Source of the DNA: an uncultured Acidobacteriota bacterium
GTDB taxonomy: Bacteria > Acidobacteriota > Vicinamibacteria > Vicinamibacterales > UBA2999
DNA: 64,000 bases
Assembly (NCBI GenBank): GCA_963709325.1
Contig: CAVPVV010000003.1
Coordinates: forward strand, 1,827,889-1,891,888
Direction of reading: 5' to 3'
Shown one piece after another: positions 62,528-64,000 of this stretch (position 1 is its first letter; the number at the start of each line of letters is the position of its first letter). The position numbers were made by a program, and so were the translations under genes. The notes below the pieces were generated by a model, which was not told the DNA's origin, searched no databases, and saw nothing but the letters and a program-made list of their open reading frames with translations.

Positions 62528-64000
62528 GCGATCAGAAGAGAGTCCACGTCATCGGCGCGGGGCCGGCGGGTTTGACGGCGGCGTACGCGCTCGGACGACG
62601 CGGAATCGCTTCGTCGGTGTACGAAGCCGACTCCATCGTCGGCGGCATCGCGCGAACCGTGGAGTACAAGGGCTTCCGGTTCGACATCGGGGGACATCGC
62701 TTCTTCAGCAAGGTCCGGGCGGTCCGCGACATCTGGCACGACCTGCTCGGCTCGCAGTTCATCACCCGGCCGCGCCTGTCACGGATCTACTTCGACGGGC
62801 TGTTCTTCGATTACCCGCTGAAGGCCAGCAACGCGCTGCGCCAGCTTGGCCCGATCAAGGCCGCAAAGATCGGCATGAGCTACGCGTGGGCGCAGCTGCG
62901 TCCGATCCGGCCCGAGGTGAGCTTCGAGGATTGGGTGGTCAACCGCTTCGGCCGGGAGCTGTTCGACACGTTCTTCAAGGCCTACACCGAGAAGGTGTGG
63001 GGCATTCCCTGCTCCACGATCAGCGCCCAGTGGGCGGCGCAGCGCATCAAGGGCCTGTCGTTGTGGGTCGCGGCGCGCGAGATGCTGCTGGCGCCGTTCC
63101 GGCGCGGCGCGACAAAGGTCCGCAGCCTGATCGAGCAGTTCGAGTACCCGCGGCTCGGGCCGGGCCAGCTGTGGGAAGCCTGCGCCGAACGCGTCCACCT
63201 CACCGGCGGCGAAGTGCGCCTTCGCACGCCGGTCGTCGGCGTCGCACCACCGCGACGGCCGGATCGAAGCGATCGACATCGTCGACAATGGCGTCCCGCG
63301 CCGCGTGCCGGTCGAGGCGCTGATCTCGACGATGCCGATGCGGACGCTGGTGCGGGCGATGATTCCGCCGGCCGCCGGAGCGGATCCGGCAGATGGCGGA
63401 GCAGCTGTCGTATCGCGACTTCCTGACCGTGGCGCTGGTCATCGACCAGCAGGAGACGTTCCCGGACAACTGGATCTACGTGCACGACAAGAAGGTGAAG
63501 CTCGGGCGCATCCAGAACTTCAAGAACTGGAGCCCGGACATGGTGCCGTCACCGGAAAAGACCTGCCTCGGGCTCGAGTATTTCTGCTTCGAAGGCGATG
63601 GGCTGTGGTCGATGAGCGATGCGGAGCTGATCGCGCTCGGGACGCGCGAAGTGGGCGCGATCGGGCTGGTCGATCCGGCGAAGGTGATCGACGGCGCCGT
63701 CGTCCGGGTGCCAAAGGCCTATCCCGTCTACGACGGCAAGCACATCGAGGCCCTGGAAGTGCTTCGCGAGTACCTTGCCGGGTTCAGCAACCTGCAGCTG
63801 GCGGGCCGCAACGGGCTCCACAAGTACAACAACCAGGACCACGCGATGATCACCGGCATCCTCGCGGCGGAGGCGCTGCTCGGACGCAAGGTGGACCCCT
63901 GGACGGTGAACGTCGAAGACGAGTATCTGGAGGAAGGCGACATGTTCGGGATGGCGTCCGACCTCGACGAGCTGCTCACCACTCAGCCGCCGGTCCCGGC
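62524..64000 (+). CDS. FAD/NAD(P)-binding oxidoreductase (UDP-galactopyranose-mutase / amine-oxidase-like). It has two frameshifts (about 63245 and about 63375) and is truncated by the window end.
   Basis: The ATG at 62524 overlaps the upstream TGA (ATGA). MSDQKRVHVIGAGPAGLTAAYAL..VGGIARTVEYKGFRFDIGGHRFF.. It continues as HHRDGRIEAIDIVDNGVPRRVPVEALISTMP in a second frame, and as ..IRQMAEQLSYRDFLTVALVIDQ..GRNGLHKYNNQDHAM.. in a third. Confidence 0.75.

Overview
A high-GC, densely coded chromosomal segment with about 50 protein genes. I recognised no rRNA, tRNA or CRISPR. The gene content suggests an Acidobacteriota-like soil bacterium (inference): an ADOP-type duplicated FtsX permease, a Bat/MoxR-VWA operon, and many Tat- or Sec-exported hydrolases.

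Content, left to right:
- a frameshift-riddled GyrB/ParE-family gene
- a DUF1835 / small protein / NYN-LOTUS cluster
- MBOAT and nhaA remnants bracketing a 2.5-kb block
- an AI-2E transporter
- a giant TamB-like gene that runs in frame into a POTRA/Omp85 barrel
- a signal-peptide peroxiredoxin with TGA at the peroxidatic Cys position
- a run of exported peptidases, amidohydrolases and cofactor enzymes
- a five-gene overlapping operon ending in an SSS symporter
- mscL, then a MoxR-DUF58-BatD-VWA-BatC-VWA operon
- a DUF1326/DUF2182 pair
- a circularly permuted Tat-DAAO-like oxidase
- a GyrA/ParC-family gene
- a B3 metallo-beta-lactamase homologue next to a decayed IS481-like element
- an M64 peptidase, TrpB2, an amidase and a PAS-GGDEF-EAL protein
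- envelope-related genes at the right edge

Two window-wide signals stand out. First, AT-richer tandem 7-nt (occasionally 9-nt) repeat arrays fill nearly all co-directional stop-to-start spacers, sometimes as inverted pairs. Second, about ten genes have frame disruptions. These could be real decay or indel errors in the assembly, and the sequence alone cannot tell which.

Start codons are my choices within the supplied ORF frames and are less certain than the frames themselves.
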